IMG/VR virus record: IMGVR_UViG_3300020577_007233
Location: 61,593 to 125,592 of that record
Length of the DNA: 64,000 nt
Reading direction: 5' to 3' (one strand)
Source of the DNA: a virus
Lineage: Duplodnaviria; Heunggongvirae; Uroviricota; Caudoviricetes
Shown: piece by piece, positions 30,469 to 41,700 of the stretch
Layout of the letters: each line of letters begins with the position of its first letter
Position numbering within the stretch: the first letter of the stretch is position 1
The notes under the pieces: generated by a model
What the model was told of the DNA's origin: nothing
The model's database searches: none
What the model saw: the letters and a program-made list of their open reading frames with translations, nothing else
Translations under genes and position numbers: made by a program

Positions 30469-33400
30469 TTAGCCGCCGCTATTTTCCGATGTACCGCCTC
30501 CATTACCTCCATTACCTCCATTACCTCCATTACCTCCATTACCTCCATTACCTCCATTACCTCCATTACCTCCATTACCCGAACCATTATCACCTGAGCT
30601 AGTTGTTTTTCCAACAGGCCCCGGACCTGCCCCAATCCATACAGGAGAATTATCGGAAATTGAAGATGCTCCGAACTTCTTAACCTTGTAGTAGTTTGGA
30701 TTTCCAAACGAACCTTTTGTATCGTCAGCCGTGTACTGATCTCTGAATAAAGTAAAATCATTGAAAACCGAAACTTGCTGATCAAGTGTTCTTGTTGTTT
30801 CAAGTGCTTCTGCTCTTTGTGAAAGTTCCGAGAAAGAAACCTTCTTGCATTGGCCAGGAACGTCAACAACAATAATAGCAAGACCATCAACGTTTACAAC
30901 ACCATCATCCGCTTCAACAGTAAATGAGCCTCTATAGATGCCGTCTGATATTCTTTCGAGAGGCAAAGATAGTTGATCGTTAATTCCTTGCTGATAAACA
31001 CTCATTGTTACAGGATCAAGATAGTTGAACCTTGAAACAGTTTGAAGCTTTTCAATAAGCGTTATCTTTCTCTTGTCCTTAAACTCGATTCTTGCATAAA
31101 TAGTTGATACTTGCGAAGGCGTTTCCTTTATCGAGGTTAGATTTGTGTCATCAATGACTGTTTCGGTTTTGTATTCGCTTACAACCATGTAGTTCTTGTA
31201 TTTAGGAACAGGCTGCGTGAAATCACTATCAAAGTACAAATCAACTTTGTACTCAAGATTATCATAGATAGCCATGAAGTCTACACAGAACGTACTTGTT
31301 TTGCCAAAGAATGTCAAAACCTCACAACAAACCCTCTTAAGTCCGTTTCCAGGAGAAGCAACCCAAGGAGCAACGAAAACGTCTCTCTGGGTAAAGTACC
31401 CTCTAAAGAAGTCCCTTTCTTGTTCAGTAGATGCTTTGTCTGTTTGTGTTTGAACCGGAAGGTTTGGACCTATTGGGAGCCACTCAGACCATTCTTCATC
31501 GTTTTCATTTCTCAAACGATATGCGTAAGTTCCAGGAACGCCTATGATGTTAAACTCAAGAAAACAGTCATTAACAACAGGAACGGGTTTACGCAAATCG
31601 AGGTATGTAGAAAAGGCGACATATTTTTCCGAAACTCTTATCTTTTGATACTGTTCGGTCGTTCTTTCGGGATCGCCTCCCATAACAAAGAATGTCGAAT
31701 CCGTCTCATCAGTAAACATGCATGGTAAAACAAGATCGGTGTTCTGAGCCGTAAACTTACATCCCAAAGAACAAGTCTGAGAATAGATCTTAGAACCATC
31801 ATGCATAGCAAGGTTCAAATTTTGGAAAGGATCTACAAAGATAGAAACATTGTAAAGAACCAATCCGCTTGTACTAAAGTTTGTAACTCTACGGTCATAC
31901 CCACCTTGTCCAGAACAAATAAACTCATCTGTTTCTGAGTTATACATACCCATAAAACAATCAGGAGACAAAGGCAACTGATTGCTTTGTATTCTTGAGT
32001 ACCTTAAGTCTCTCCAAACAATATAGAACAAATCAAAACTCGTTGTTGCAACCCTAGGAGATAGGCATTGATTATCCGTAAGAGATATTCTGTAGTCCTC
32101 AAAGCCTTGTCCGCTACAAATCCAAGTTAGAGAATCGGTTTCTTTATTCCATGTTTCCGACTTTGTTTCGCTACAAGGACAGGTAAAAGAGAACTCGTTT
32201 TCAACAAAGAAAACTCCATCTCTATAACTTTCAACTACAGCATGATATGTAGCGCCGCAAAGAAGAGGCTGTCTTACTATTGAGCTTGAAAATGTGTGCG
32301 AGTTCTGAGATTCGTACAACTCAAAAGGAACAACTTCAGGTGTATAAACCGCATTTATTGACTGTCCTGGTTCAACAACAAGACCGCTTACAGGGAAAAC
32401 GGAAGATCCAGAGATCCAGTTAAGAGTATCGCTTCTTGTAAACGAAGACATTATTGAATGAGTCTTTTCGGCATCAGCATAGAAAGTTACTCTAAAATGA
32501 ACAGTCTTATTTAGGCTTGTATTATTGACAAACTTGCAACTAATATCGCATCGTTCGCTCTGCTTTGTTGGGCAGTAATAAACGAACTCAGTTTGATCGA
32601 CAATCTCTGCATTATCAGCAAGAACGACTCTAACTTCGTCCATAGAGGGATTTACAAATGATGTTATGGTCAAAGTCTTTCTGTCTGAAGATATTCGTAT
32701 TGTATCAAACGACTCTAGGCCTATTACGCTGAAGTTTGGATATGTAACTCCTGGAGCAGCAAAATAGTTATTGCCAGCGACCACACCGGCAGCCGTTGGG
32801 AAAATAGCAATGATCGGAGAAGTAAACTTAATAACCGAAGTAACAGAACCGCTTGTCCCAATAGGATCAAAGTGCAAAAGAACAGTCTTTATCTTGTCGC
32901 CTTTTTCGAATCCAGGAAGCTCCTTAAGGGGTGAATCAAAAGTCAACCCAGTAAACAACCCAGAGTTTGAGTTTATGTAGCTGGCCGTTTGAGGTGATGT
33001 TGCAACAGGAGCAAGATCATCAAACTCGACCATAGCCCTAAACAAGGAATCCTCAGTTCTGCTAATACCCAAATTCAACCCATTATACGGTTGAAGCATT
33101 TTGATGTTTACAGAATTGCTAAAATCAACAGGAATGGAATTGACTTCGAATTCAACAACAATGTAGACAACCTTACCTGAAATATCATCATCATACGATG
33201 GCAAATAGCTAATGTTATAAACAGTAGAAGCTGTTGCAGTTAGACCGTTATATTCCAACTGTTCATCATTTACCTTCCACCCGTCTATGCTTGTCTTAGA
33301 TGATATTGTCTTCAGCGGTATGGTTCTTTCTCTGTCTTCGTAAAACAAAAGATTGAAATGATATAAGTCTGATGTGGGCGCAGTGAATGAAAACTCTATG

Positions 33401-36400
33401 GCGCAATTTAGTTGCGACATCGGATCAAGATTAGGATCAAGGTATGGGTCTATAGCCTTATTCCAGTTATAGATAAACTCATCAACCTCATCTTGTTTGC
33501 AATTATCAAGAAGCTTATTATCAACAGCCTTAGAAAGAGCGGCATAGATTTGGTTTTGTCCATTTCTGTTGTCTTGCCATGCGATAAGTCTTCTACCCTT
33601 ACAATCAACGGCTATGCATGGATTTACACTTACGCTCTCAGAATTTGTAATGCGAATGTCATGTCTAAATGGTTCATTTCTACTTCTGAAACCAGAATAG
33701 TAAATGTCCCAGAATTGGTTACGGTTGGACTGCCAAGCCAAGTGAACTTTATCTATCTTGTCCAAAATGATATCTGGAACCTTGTTTTGATAATCAAGCG
33801 AAACAGTAACAGGAAGCTGCGTAAAATCGTCAACAGCATTTAGGCTGTAATTGAGTTCAAACTCATCTTGATCAACCATCAATGATTCAGCCGTAGTAAA
33901 CGAATGTAGTTCGTCATTAAGGTCGTCTTCTGAAATAACGATTATCTTATCTATCTGCGGACCATATTGTATGTCTTTAACTGTTCCAAACTGCGTAGAT
34001 GAGTTTTCAAACTTCAAGGCCGTTGAAGAAGAAATAGCTGTAAAGGACATGGTTCTTGTTTTCCAGTTTGGTCTTTCAAGAGCGGCACCAGTACGAGTAT
34101 TTATTGAAAAATTGGCAATAGTTGGACCGGCAGTTACTTTGACCTTCTTAGTAATAGATGTTCCTTGAAGATAGCTGTCAACATGATTAGATATATCAAA
34201 GAAAACATAATAAGTCTTACCCGGAACCGTTGTAATCGTTGTTGTAACGTATCCCTTGAGTATAGACAAGCCAGACTGCAACCCTGTTAGTTCCATCCAG
34301 CTAGAAACAGTGCTATCAGCGCTTATGCTTCTTCTGTAAACAGAACCGTAACCAACAGTCCAGTCAGTAACACCCTGATAACCGTCAAACATTTCCGTAG
34401 CATCTGCATAAGGAAGAACGGTTTCTTCAAAGCCTCCATTTTCAAGAATGTTTACAACCTTATCTATAACGACCATTTCGCTTGTATCTCTATCAAAGCT
34501 CGAAATAGTGTAATAGTCTGAATTGAATGACATAGAATGCGAACCAATATCAATATCAGCAAAGACCTGCTTGAAAGAGTTGTTTTCAAACATATTGCCC
34601 TTGAAAGGGGTAGATTCGTCAATAACGATACCTTGTCCCGGAGGCATTCCAAGCCCAATATCAAACTGCCTATACTGATCGCTAAAATCTGCCAAAAAGC
34701 TTGTAGCAAAAACCGGAGAATCATCAACGGTTACAATAATGTCGCCACTGAAACGGTAATCATCTTCAGATGACTGTCTTTCTCTTCTTGCAACATTAGC
34801 AACCTCATCAGAGCCGTTTTTAGCATAGTGAACGGCAACCTTGACTTGTCTCGGATCGTTAAAATCAATGTATCCAGACAAGAAACGAGTTATCTTATAG
34901 TTCTTCTTTGCGATTTCGCCTGAAGATGTGTTTTCGCTAGTTGAAACAAGAAGAGCAAGTTTGTACTTGCCAGTATTGATCTCGTAATTGATCTCGTTAT
35001 TGAAGCCTTCGCACTCTTGGCTAGACACTCCGAGTCTTTCGCAATACTGAGTAAATGATTCAAAGTTCTTTGCCTTAAATCTAATCTTCTCAGGTATCAT
35101 AGCGAGCATGAAATGCTTTATGTTTGACGGCTGAGAAAGCTTGATATCAGTATCAAAATCCGCATAAACACCAGTTCCCCTGTGAGGAACATCAGAAACC
35201 TCTAGCCCACCAGCAATGAGGGTCATATCATTCGGATTAAGCTTGTAAGAACCACATATTGGTATGAGGTTCTCATAAAACGGTTCGTAGAAATCAATTG
35301 TATAGAAATTGCCGTCTTTTTCGTATTTATAGTCCCCAACAGGATTAAATTCCGCTTTCCATTCGTCATACTTAGTTTGTATGTCAGCTTCTTCTAGAAC
35401 GCCATCTTCTGGCGAAGGCATCCAAAACTCAAAAGAAATCTGGTAGCTCAAATGACCAAAGTTCCAAGAAATATCATTACCAAATTCATCTTTAGAAAGA
35501 GAGAAAAAGGCCATCGCAGCGTCTTCGGAAGGATTGCCCTCAACGGCAACATACTTGCGGTCGTATACAGAAGCTCTGCCATCGCCCTGAAGAATACGAG
35601 TCCAATCATCCTGAATAGATGTAGTTGGATCTGAAACCTGCAAAAGATTAGCGCCCGTACCTTGGCTTATGCTCTTGTCTAAGACTGACATAAGAACAGC
35701 ATTTGATATCGATCTAGAAGATTGGCCCAAAACGGAATAGTAAACCTGAGTTGGACCCATTCTGTCCGACTCCCAAACAAGATGCAAATTGCCTACACTA
35801 TCGCACTTAAGCTTAGCATTTTTGTTTTCGCTGCCGCTTGTAAGTTGCTTCCATCGTAAGTTTTCTACCTCTTCTCCGATTCTAAAAGAGAAGAAGAACA
35901 ATTGGTAAACTCCATTAACAGGAGCCTGGCAAACAACATAGGCAAACTCTGCGGTATCCGTTTTCTTTGTAGCAATAACGGGATAAACGCTTGGAACTTC
36001 TCGATTGTAGATATCGTATATGTATGGCAAAGGACTTACGCCAACAAGATCTGTTGCGGTAAGTTCAGTATTTTTGTCAACCACAACAAACTGCTGACAG
36101 TAATAATTTTCAGTTATTGTTGGACCTATATCGTTATTGAAACCTGAAGGAACTTCAAATCTAATTATCTTGTTTTCAGTATCCCTAGAAACAATAGTAT
36201 GAGACTGATAACCGACTCTTGGGAATAAAAAGACTATAGTATTACCACTATCTGCTAGAGCCTTATCTTCTGTAAGTAGTTCTAGGGTTTTGTTGCTCTT
36301 GAGTTGAACATCAAGAGTTCCATTTCCAATAAGAACGGCAGATCGCATGCTAAATCTTGTTGCTGACTTAACTTCTATGTATGTGCCTTGATCTACGGCT

Positions 36401-37680
36401 ACGATATTATGTTCAACAGCGCTGTCGCTATTGTTGATAAGAGCAACAAATGCGGAAACGACTTCAGCAACAGTCCCCTGTAAGGATGTATACTGTATTT
36501 CAAAAAGTGTACTGTCGTCAATCCTGAAAGTCAAACTATACTTATCATCAACAGAAACATCACTTGGAGTCGCTGTATGATAAAACGCCGGCGGCTTAAG
36601 TATGGTGCCGTTTCTAACAGGATTGCCGCTGTACTTCAAAGAACTAGGTATGTTTGCAACAAAGACTCTGCTCGCCAAGTTGGGAGCAGGTGTCTCTTCG
36701 TTTGCAAAAGTTTCTTGAGAGGCAAAAACAACAAGTCCTGCACCGTTATGAAGAGAAGCAGAATCTGTAGAATTGTAAATACGACACATAGCATCATCTG
36801 CTGTCCCTGGATAGATTTGCTTTGGTTCGGTACAGAAACCAACTTTAGAGCTATGATAAGCTGAACTTTCGTCATCGGCATCAAATACAGAAAGCGGACC
36901 AACAACGGGACCGTCAAGGCAAAAATCATCAAGCTTCTGCAAAGTAAGGCCTTCTCCGGGAGTCGGATCGAGAATGGCACACTCTGGAGCTTCAGGATTG
37001 TTTGTCGCCTGCAATGCTTTCATATTCTCTGGAACAAAGTGAACAAAGACGCCAGAATCATATGCTTCTTTGTAATCGTCTTGAGATTTATAGTAGGTTA
37101 CATGAAACTTTTGCAAAGCATTTGAAGAAGCAAGAGAACCGCCAAGAATATCAATAGCCCTGAAAGAAAATGTACCTTCGCCCGAGAAGTTGGTCTTTAT
37201 GACAAATCTTTTACTGTTGATGGACACATGCAGATTAGAATTAGGTTCAGAGTTAACTTTGATGGTTGCTTTTTGTTGCAAACCAACAAAAGGAGGATAG
37301 ACCGAAACCTTATCGCCAGAAGTCTTTTTGGTTGAGTTTTCAATCTGGAAAGAGAATGCCGCAATATCAGAAAGCCTCCAAGAATCGGATTCTGTCTGCT
37401 CTTCGATATTTGCATAAATAGAAGCAACGCTAATGTTGTCAACTTCATGGATTGATAGATCAATCTTTCCTGAAACAGACTCTGTATTAGAAACAGAAAG
37501 ACGGTCGCCAACAAAGGTTCCTTTTTCTGAGGAAACTACTTTTGCGGCTCTTTGGAGGGATGCATTCTCGAAGAATATGCGATACTTCTTTGAGGAGTCA
37601 AGCCCAGAAATAACAAAGGCTATATCCTTTGTTTGTGACGCAATAGCGCTGAACGGTTGCAACTTTAGTTTAACAGACAC
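30469..37680 (-). CDS. Giant virion adhesin-like protein with a DUF642-like carbohydrate-binding domain, propeller blades and a C-terminal (NGG)9 tract
   Basis: 2403 aa. NILENGGFEE...TTVPGKTYYVFFD...WKTRTMSFTA...YGPQIDKI (~33940-34460); HLVWESDR/HLAWQSNR blades; Cys-rich. Confidence 0.75.
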   Translation of the reverse strand: MSVKLKLQPFSAIASQTKDIAFVISGLDSSKKYRIFFENASLQRAAKVVSSEKGTFVGDRLSVSNTESVSGKIDLSIHEVDNISVASIYANIEEQTESDSWRLSDIAAFSFQIENSTKKTSGDKVSVYPPFVGLQQKATIKVNSEPNSNLHVSINSKRFVIKTNFSGEGTFSFRAIDILGGSLASSNALQKFHVTYYKSQDDYKEAYDSGVFVHFVPENMKALQATNNPEAPECAILDPTPGEGLTLQKLDDFCLDGPVVGPLSVFDADDESSAYHSSKVGFCTEPKQIYPGTADDAMCRIYNSTDSASLHNGAGLVVFASQETFANEETPAPNLASRVFVANIPSSLKYSGNPVRNGTILKPPAFYHTATPSDVSVDDKYSLTFRIDDSTLFEIQYTSLQGTVAEVVSAFVALINNSDSAVEHNIVAVDQGTYIEVKSATRFSMRSAVLIGNGTLDVQLKSNKTLELLTEDKALADSGNTIVFLFPRVGYQSHTIVSRDTENKIIRFEVPSGFNNDIGPTITENYYCQQFVVVDKNTELTATDLVGVSPLPYIYDIYNREVPSVYPVIATKKTDTAEFAYVVCQAPVNGVYQLFFFSFRIGEEVENLRWKQLTSGSENKNAKLKCDSVGNLHLVWESDRMGPTQVYYSVLGQSSRSISNAVLMSVLDKSISQGTGANLLQVSDPTTSIQDDWTRILQGDGRASVYDRKYVAVEGNPSEDAAMAFFSLSKDEFGNDISWNFGHLSYQISFEFWMPSPEDGVLEEADIQTKYDEWKAEFNPVGDYKYEKDGNFYTIDFYEPFYENLIPICGSYKLNPNDMTLIAGGLEVSDVPHRGTGVYADFDTDIKLSQPSNIKHFMLAMIPEKIRFKAKNFESFTQYCERLGVSSQECEGFNNEINYEINTGKYKLALLVSTSENTSSGEIAKKNYKITRFLSGYIDFNDPRQVKVAVHYAKNGSDEVANVARRERQSSEDDYRFSGDIIVTVDDSPVFATSFLADFSDQYRQFDIGLGMPPGQGIVIDESTPFKGNMFENNSFKQVFADIDIGSHSMSFNSDYYTISSFDRDTSEMVVIDKVVNILENGGFEETVLPYADATEMFDGYQGVTDWTVGYGSVYRRSISADSTVSSWMELTGLQSGLSILKGYVTTTITTVPGKTYYVFFDISNHVDSYLQGTSITKKVKVTAGPTIANFSINTRTGAALERPNWKTRTMSFTAISSSTALKFENSSTQFGTVKDIQYGPQIDKIIVISEDDLNDELHSFTTAESLMVDQDEFELNYSLNAVDDFTQLPVTVSLDYQNKVPDIILDKIDKVHLAWQSNRNQFWDIYYSGFRSRNEPFRHDIRITNSESVSVNPCIAVDCKGRRLIAWQDNRNGQNQIYAALSKAVDNKLLDNCKQDEVDEFIYNWNKAIDPYLDPNLDPMSQLNCAIEFSFTAPTSDLYHFNLLFYEDRERTIPLKTISSKTSIDGWKVNDEQLEYNGLTATASTVYNISYLPSYDDDISGKVVYIVVEFEVNSIPVDFSNSVNIKMLQPYNGLNLGISRTEDSLFRAMVEFDDLAPVATSPQTASYINSNSGLFTGLTFDSPLKELPGFEKGDKIKTVLLHFDPIGTSGSVTSVIKFTSPIIAIFPTAAGVVAGNNYFAAPGVTYPNFSVIGLESFDTIRISSDRKTLTITSFVNPSMDEVRVVLADNAEIVDQTEFVYYCPTKQSERCDISCKFVNNTSLNKTVHFRVTFYADAEKTHSIMSSFTRSDTLNWISGSSVFPVSGLVVEPGQSINAVYTPEVVPFELYESQNSHTFSSSIVRQPLLCGATYHAVVESYRDGVFFVENEFSFTCPCSETKSETWNKETDSLTWICSGQGFEDYRISLTDNQCLSPRVATTSFDLFYIVWRDLRYSRIQSNQLPLSPDCFMGMYNSETDEFICSGQGGYDRRVTNFSTSGLVLYNVSIFVDPFQNLNLAMHDGSKIYSQTCSLGCKFTAQNTDLVLPCMFTDETDSTFFVMGGDPERTTEQYQKIRVSEKYVAFSTYLDLRKPVPVVNDCFLEFNIIGVPGTYAYRLRNENDEEWSEWLPIGPNLPVQTQTDKASTEQERDFFRGYFTQRDVFVAPWVASPGNGLKRVCCEVLTFFGKTSTFCVDFMAIYDNLEYKVDLYFDSDFTQPVPKYKNYMVVSEYKTETVIDDTNLTSIKETPSQVSTIYARIEFKDKRKITLIEKLQTVSRFNYLDPVTMSVYQQGINDQLSLPLERISDGIYRGSFTVEADDGVVNVDGLAIIVVDVPGQCKKVSFSELSQRAEALETTRTLDQQVSVFNDFTLFRDQYTADDTKGSFGNPNYYKVKKFGASSISDNSPVWIGAGPGPVGKTTSSGDNGSGNGGNGGNGGNGGNGGNGGNGGNGGNGGGTSENSGG
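30497..30577. repeat. Perfect 9-bp tandem repeat (CCTCCATTA)x9, encoding (Asn-Gly-Gly)9
   Basis: Counted directly: nine identical units starting at 30497, 30506 ... 30569. Confidence 0.97.
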
Positions 37681-38767
37681 TGTACACGCTCTCCATTACT
37701 TTATCAAACTTGTCCACAGCCGCTGAATATGAAAAGTTTTCTTGGACATATGCATAGGCTTTATCGGCTTTGGCTCTTGCTTCCTCATTATTCGAGAAAA
37801 CGGCCCTCATTGCCTCTTGTATTGAGTTAATTGTTAGTCTAGGCCACTTCTTATTGGCAAACTGAGAAATCTGGTCCATGTTCGAGTGCATCAAAAACCC
37901 AGAAGGCTCAATAAGAGTGCATCTCTCAGTTGAAGCGTAATCCTGGCACCCAGAAAAATTGGTAACAATTACAGGAACCTTTACACTCATACATTGCAAT
38001 GCCGGTAGCCCAAATCCTTCACCCAAACTCGGCATAATCAAACAATCTGCTGATTTATAGAAAGACGGCATGTACTCGTCATTGAATACCCGCTTCTCAA
38101 AAACAACAGCAGGATAAGCCTTCTTAAGGTCTAATTCGGCTCTTATCTTCTCTATTTCCTTAGATGCCAAATCAGTCTTGTCAGTCTTTATCAAAAGTTG
38201 AACATTATCAGATTGACTGAACTCCCTAAAGTATGCCTCAATCAACTGAGGCCATCCCTTTCTTTTCTTCCATGAACCAAAGAATAGGAACGTGAACTTA
38301 TTGTGTTTTGTAAGAGGGATTACATTTTCGTTCCAAACAGAAATATCAACACAATGAGGGACATAGAAAATAGGCCTTTTGACGCCAGAATGAGCAAAAA
38401 CCTTATAGTTGAAATCTGATGGACATATAACTCCGTCAAGCCTATTCAGTAAGGTTATCCACTGAGAGGGCGGATCGTAAGTCTCAAAAGTAGCAAAACC
38501 AATAGCTCTATCAGTCCTTGGAAGCCTCATCTGCATCGGAGGTATACAGTGATAGATCTGCACCGCTTTCTGATTGGGAGTTTTCTTGATAAGGGGTTCT
38601 ATTTTCGCGTAAGAAGATTTAGATAGAAAATTCTTAGACGGAGACCCATTGAGGCAAACAACTCTTATGTCATATCTCTTTGTTTCCAAAAGAGCAGAAA
38701 TAAGATCATAAGCTGCCTGTCCGTATCCTGTTTCGTTGACAAATGCTATGTACTCAAGAGGAATCAT
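37670..38767 (-). CDS. Glycosyltransferase, GT-B fold, GT4 family
   Basis: 365 aa; TGYG N-terminal loop, FLFFGSWKKRKG, YKSADCLIMPSLGEGFGLPALQCMS...PVIVTNFSG. Confidence 0.92.
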   Translation of the reverse strand: MIPLEYIAFVNETGYGQAAYDLISALLETKRYDIRVVCLNGSPSKNFLSKSSYAKIEPLIKKTPNQKAVQIYHCIPPMQMRLPRTDRAIGFATFETYDPPSQWITLLNRLDGVICPSDFNYKVFAHSGVKRPIFYVPHCVDISVWNENVIPLTKHNKFTFLFFGSWKKRKGWPQLIEAYFREFSQSDNVQLLIKTDKTDLASKEIEKIRAELDLKKAYPAVVFEKRVFNDEYMPSFYKSADCLIMPSLGEGFGLPALQCMSVKVPVIVTNFSGCQDYASTERCTLIEPSGFLMHSNMDQISQFANKKWPRLTINSIQEAMRAVFSNNEEARAKADKAYAYVQENFSYSAAVDKFDKVMESVYSVC

Positions 38768-41700
38768 GTGCTAACTATAACATCGCCGCTGAACTTGGCT
38801 CTAACGTCGTTGATCTTACTGAACAACCCACCGCTTATCTGCCAGACGATGTTTCCGTCAGCGTCCACCTTGATTACTCTACCCGCATTCCCGATAAACG
38901 ATGTTTCAGCAATGACCACATTACTGTTTTCGTCTAAAACAGCATCAGATGGATAGGAATTATCCGAAGCATCGTATGTAAATGTAACAGACTTGTCTCT
39001 CCTGTTGAGAACGATAGTCTTGCCTCTGTAATTTGTAAGCTTACGAATAGCTTGTTCCTCATAAGTTTCGTTACCTTCTCCGCCTTCAGGCGCAGGCAAT
39101 GGATCTGAGTCCAAAACCAATCCACTCACAAGAATTTTTTCCGAGTCAATCTCGTATACAGAACCAAGAGTGAAATCGGAAAATACCAAGCCGCTATAAC
39201 TAAACTTCACTTCTTCATTATCAACATCTATTTGAACCAAAGAAGGGGCTTCGCTAGTTGTTGGATTACCCGTTCCGCTATCAGCAGCAACAATAGTCAA
39301 TATGACCGTATTCGTTGTTGTTGCGATTGTCTGTCCCGTAGCTGTTTCTATGTAAACGGCTGTAAACAAAAGTTGCCACGTTCTAATCTGACTGTCTGTT
39401 GGTGAGTTCAAATGAACAGTTGCAACATTACCAGGCGAAGGAGCTTCAAAGGTAAAGATATCTTGTATTTCTGCTGGTACGTTTCTTTCCCAACGAAGTT
39501 CAAAGCCGTCTCCAGGTGGATCAACAGTTACTGTAAAATTTGTACTCTCTCCAACTTTCAATGTTATGCTTGTTGTATCTCCATTACCTGCATCCTCTTC
39601 TTCAATAGTCGAGTTACAAACCATCCACTCGCCATTAGCCATAACATTCGCAAAAACTGGCCTCTTAACATCATTCATGTAAACAAAGTCACCAAGGAAA
39701 ACAAGGAGACCTTTGTTGGATATCAACCTTCTTGCGCTATCAGGAAAATCGAATGGAGTTGGCAAAAAACCACTTAGCAAGTCAACATATACATCAAAAT
39801 TTGGGTCTTGGAGTTGCTCAACTTTATCATTAGTCAATCGAACCTCAAGAAGCTTTGCTGTCTTGCCGTTATCTAGTATTTCATCTTCAGTTCCAAGCAA
39901 TATGCTTGCGGAACCAATCCACAGTCTAACCTTAGAAATTTCAATCTTGGTTGAATCAATCTCTTGACTAAAAGCAATACTCAGCACGCCAGTTCGAGTG
40001 TTATAGACTGCGGAAAGCGGATAGAAGTAGGCTGTGTCAGTAACATGATGCCCTCCTAGTCCTTTTACAAACTCACCTCTAGGATTGGTCTCAATGATTC
40101 TGTCATTAACCGTATCAGCTATGATGAAATTACGATTAGCAAGCCTATAAACAGAGAATGGCTTATTGAAGCCTGGTGAAAAGCTAGCATCAGCTATATT
40201 GACAGCTTGCTGCGGAGACAATAGCGTTCTAAACAAAAGCCCTCTAAAGCCGTATACGGCTGCACCATCAGGATCGTTCTCGTTGACTCCGTTCTGATAG
40301 ATGTAGTACAAGTCGCCTACAGAGATAGGCTCTTCAATAGTAATCTTGGAAACAGCAGTGTTATATTCGTCAGCAGACTGTTTCTCGTTGGTATAAGAAC
40401 CTCTATCCCATTCTTCAGCAGTTGAAATCGTAAAGCCTGTAATCTCAGAATCAACGACTAATTGAAGTTCAATGCTACTCAACGAAGGTGTTTTGGTTCT
40501 GTCTGTATTCGAAACCAACACAGCTTCAATCTCTGCATCAGTTCCGTACAGAGAGAAAACATCTCCTGACTTGATATTAGGAGTAAAAACTGCTCTGTTT
40601 AGAAGCGATGTTGAGTTTGCAACCCTAACTCTTATACGAACATCACAACCTTCCGGTATAGAGGCTTCATAGTTGATGGCGCTAAAAACAACAGGAACAC
40701 CGCTAGAGTATCTAAAACGAATCAAGCCGCTTGGAGGAAAGAGACTTTGATTGCGGATGAAGATATTATCAATCCAGAACTCATGCTTCGTTATAGTATC
40801 ATCTGTATAGAAAACAATCTCTTGGATGTCGTCTCTTGTTTCATTAGAAATATCAAAGACACGCCTCTCAAAAGCATTGAAATCAGGATCTACATTGTCT
40901 GTTATTTCGTCTTGTCCCAAAACCAAATACGACTGAGACTGTTTTGCGTTTTCTCCGGTGCCGCTTACAAAGTACATATAAACAGCGCCATGAGCTATAG
41001 TAAGGCTCTTTACGTCGAGAATAAGCTCATCAAAAAGACTCCAATCCCTATTCTGAGAAACAGCCCTTTTGTAGATGATTCTAGATTCTCTTTCTGTTTG
41101 AAACTTACCGCTGTAAAAGCCTTGAGTTTTCAGAGAAGAGCTATCTTCAGAAACAACTCCTATTTTATCTGTTGTTATTTGAACCTGTGTTGTAAATCCC
41201 GGTATAGCAACGCCTGCTCTCGGAACTTGCTCAAAATCCTCAACTTGAGTGGAGCTAGAGCTACCTCTTGTAAGAGAAACGGTGTCTCTTGCTATGGTAA
41301 CATTTTGTCTATCTGTTGCGCTGAAAAATGCAGCATTGGTGTTCCAATAGATTGAGGTTATGGAACCATCCTGAACTGGCTTGCCAGAAATACAATGGGT
41401 TGACAAATCTATATTAGAAGTAGAAGCATCAAAGTCAATAGCTGTGTCAGGCGTTATGCCTGGATAGCAAACAAGAAGGTTTGGAAAATCAACAAGTTCG
41501 CTTAGGTTGAGGTTATTTGTGCTAGCTATGTAGTGCTGAGCCGTTATGAGCTTCATTGTATTGACAGCAGCAACCTCTCCGAGAAGTTGTCTATTGCCAG
41601 AGTTTATTAGTTTCGTAAACGAATCAAGAGCCGCATGAGTAAGAAGCCCAGTATTAGCTAAATCATTATGATCAAGTTGAGGTATTCTTTCGGGAGACAA

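Noticed and set aside
30497-30577. Repeat as a CRISPR array or a Borg-type repeat signature
   Set aside because: There are no spacers or cas genes. It is a single tandem tract in 64 kb, within a clear phage tail gene order.
30385-30890. ORFs with (MEV)n and (ITS)n repeats
   Set aside because: These are alternative-frame readings of the 9-bp repeat. The (NGG)9 frame belongs to the 2403-aa gene.
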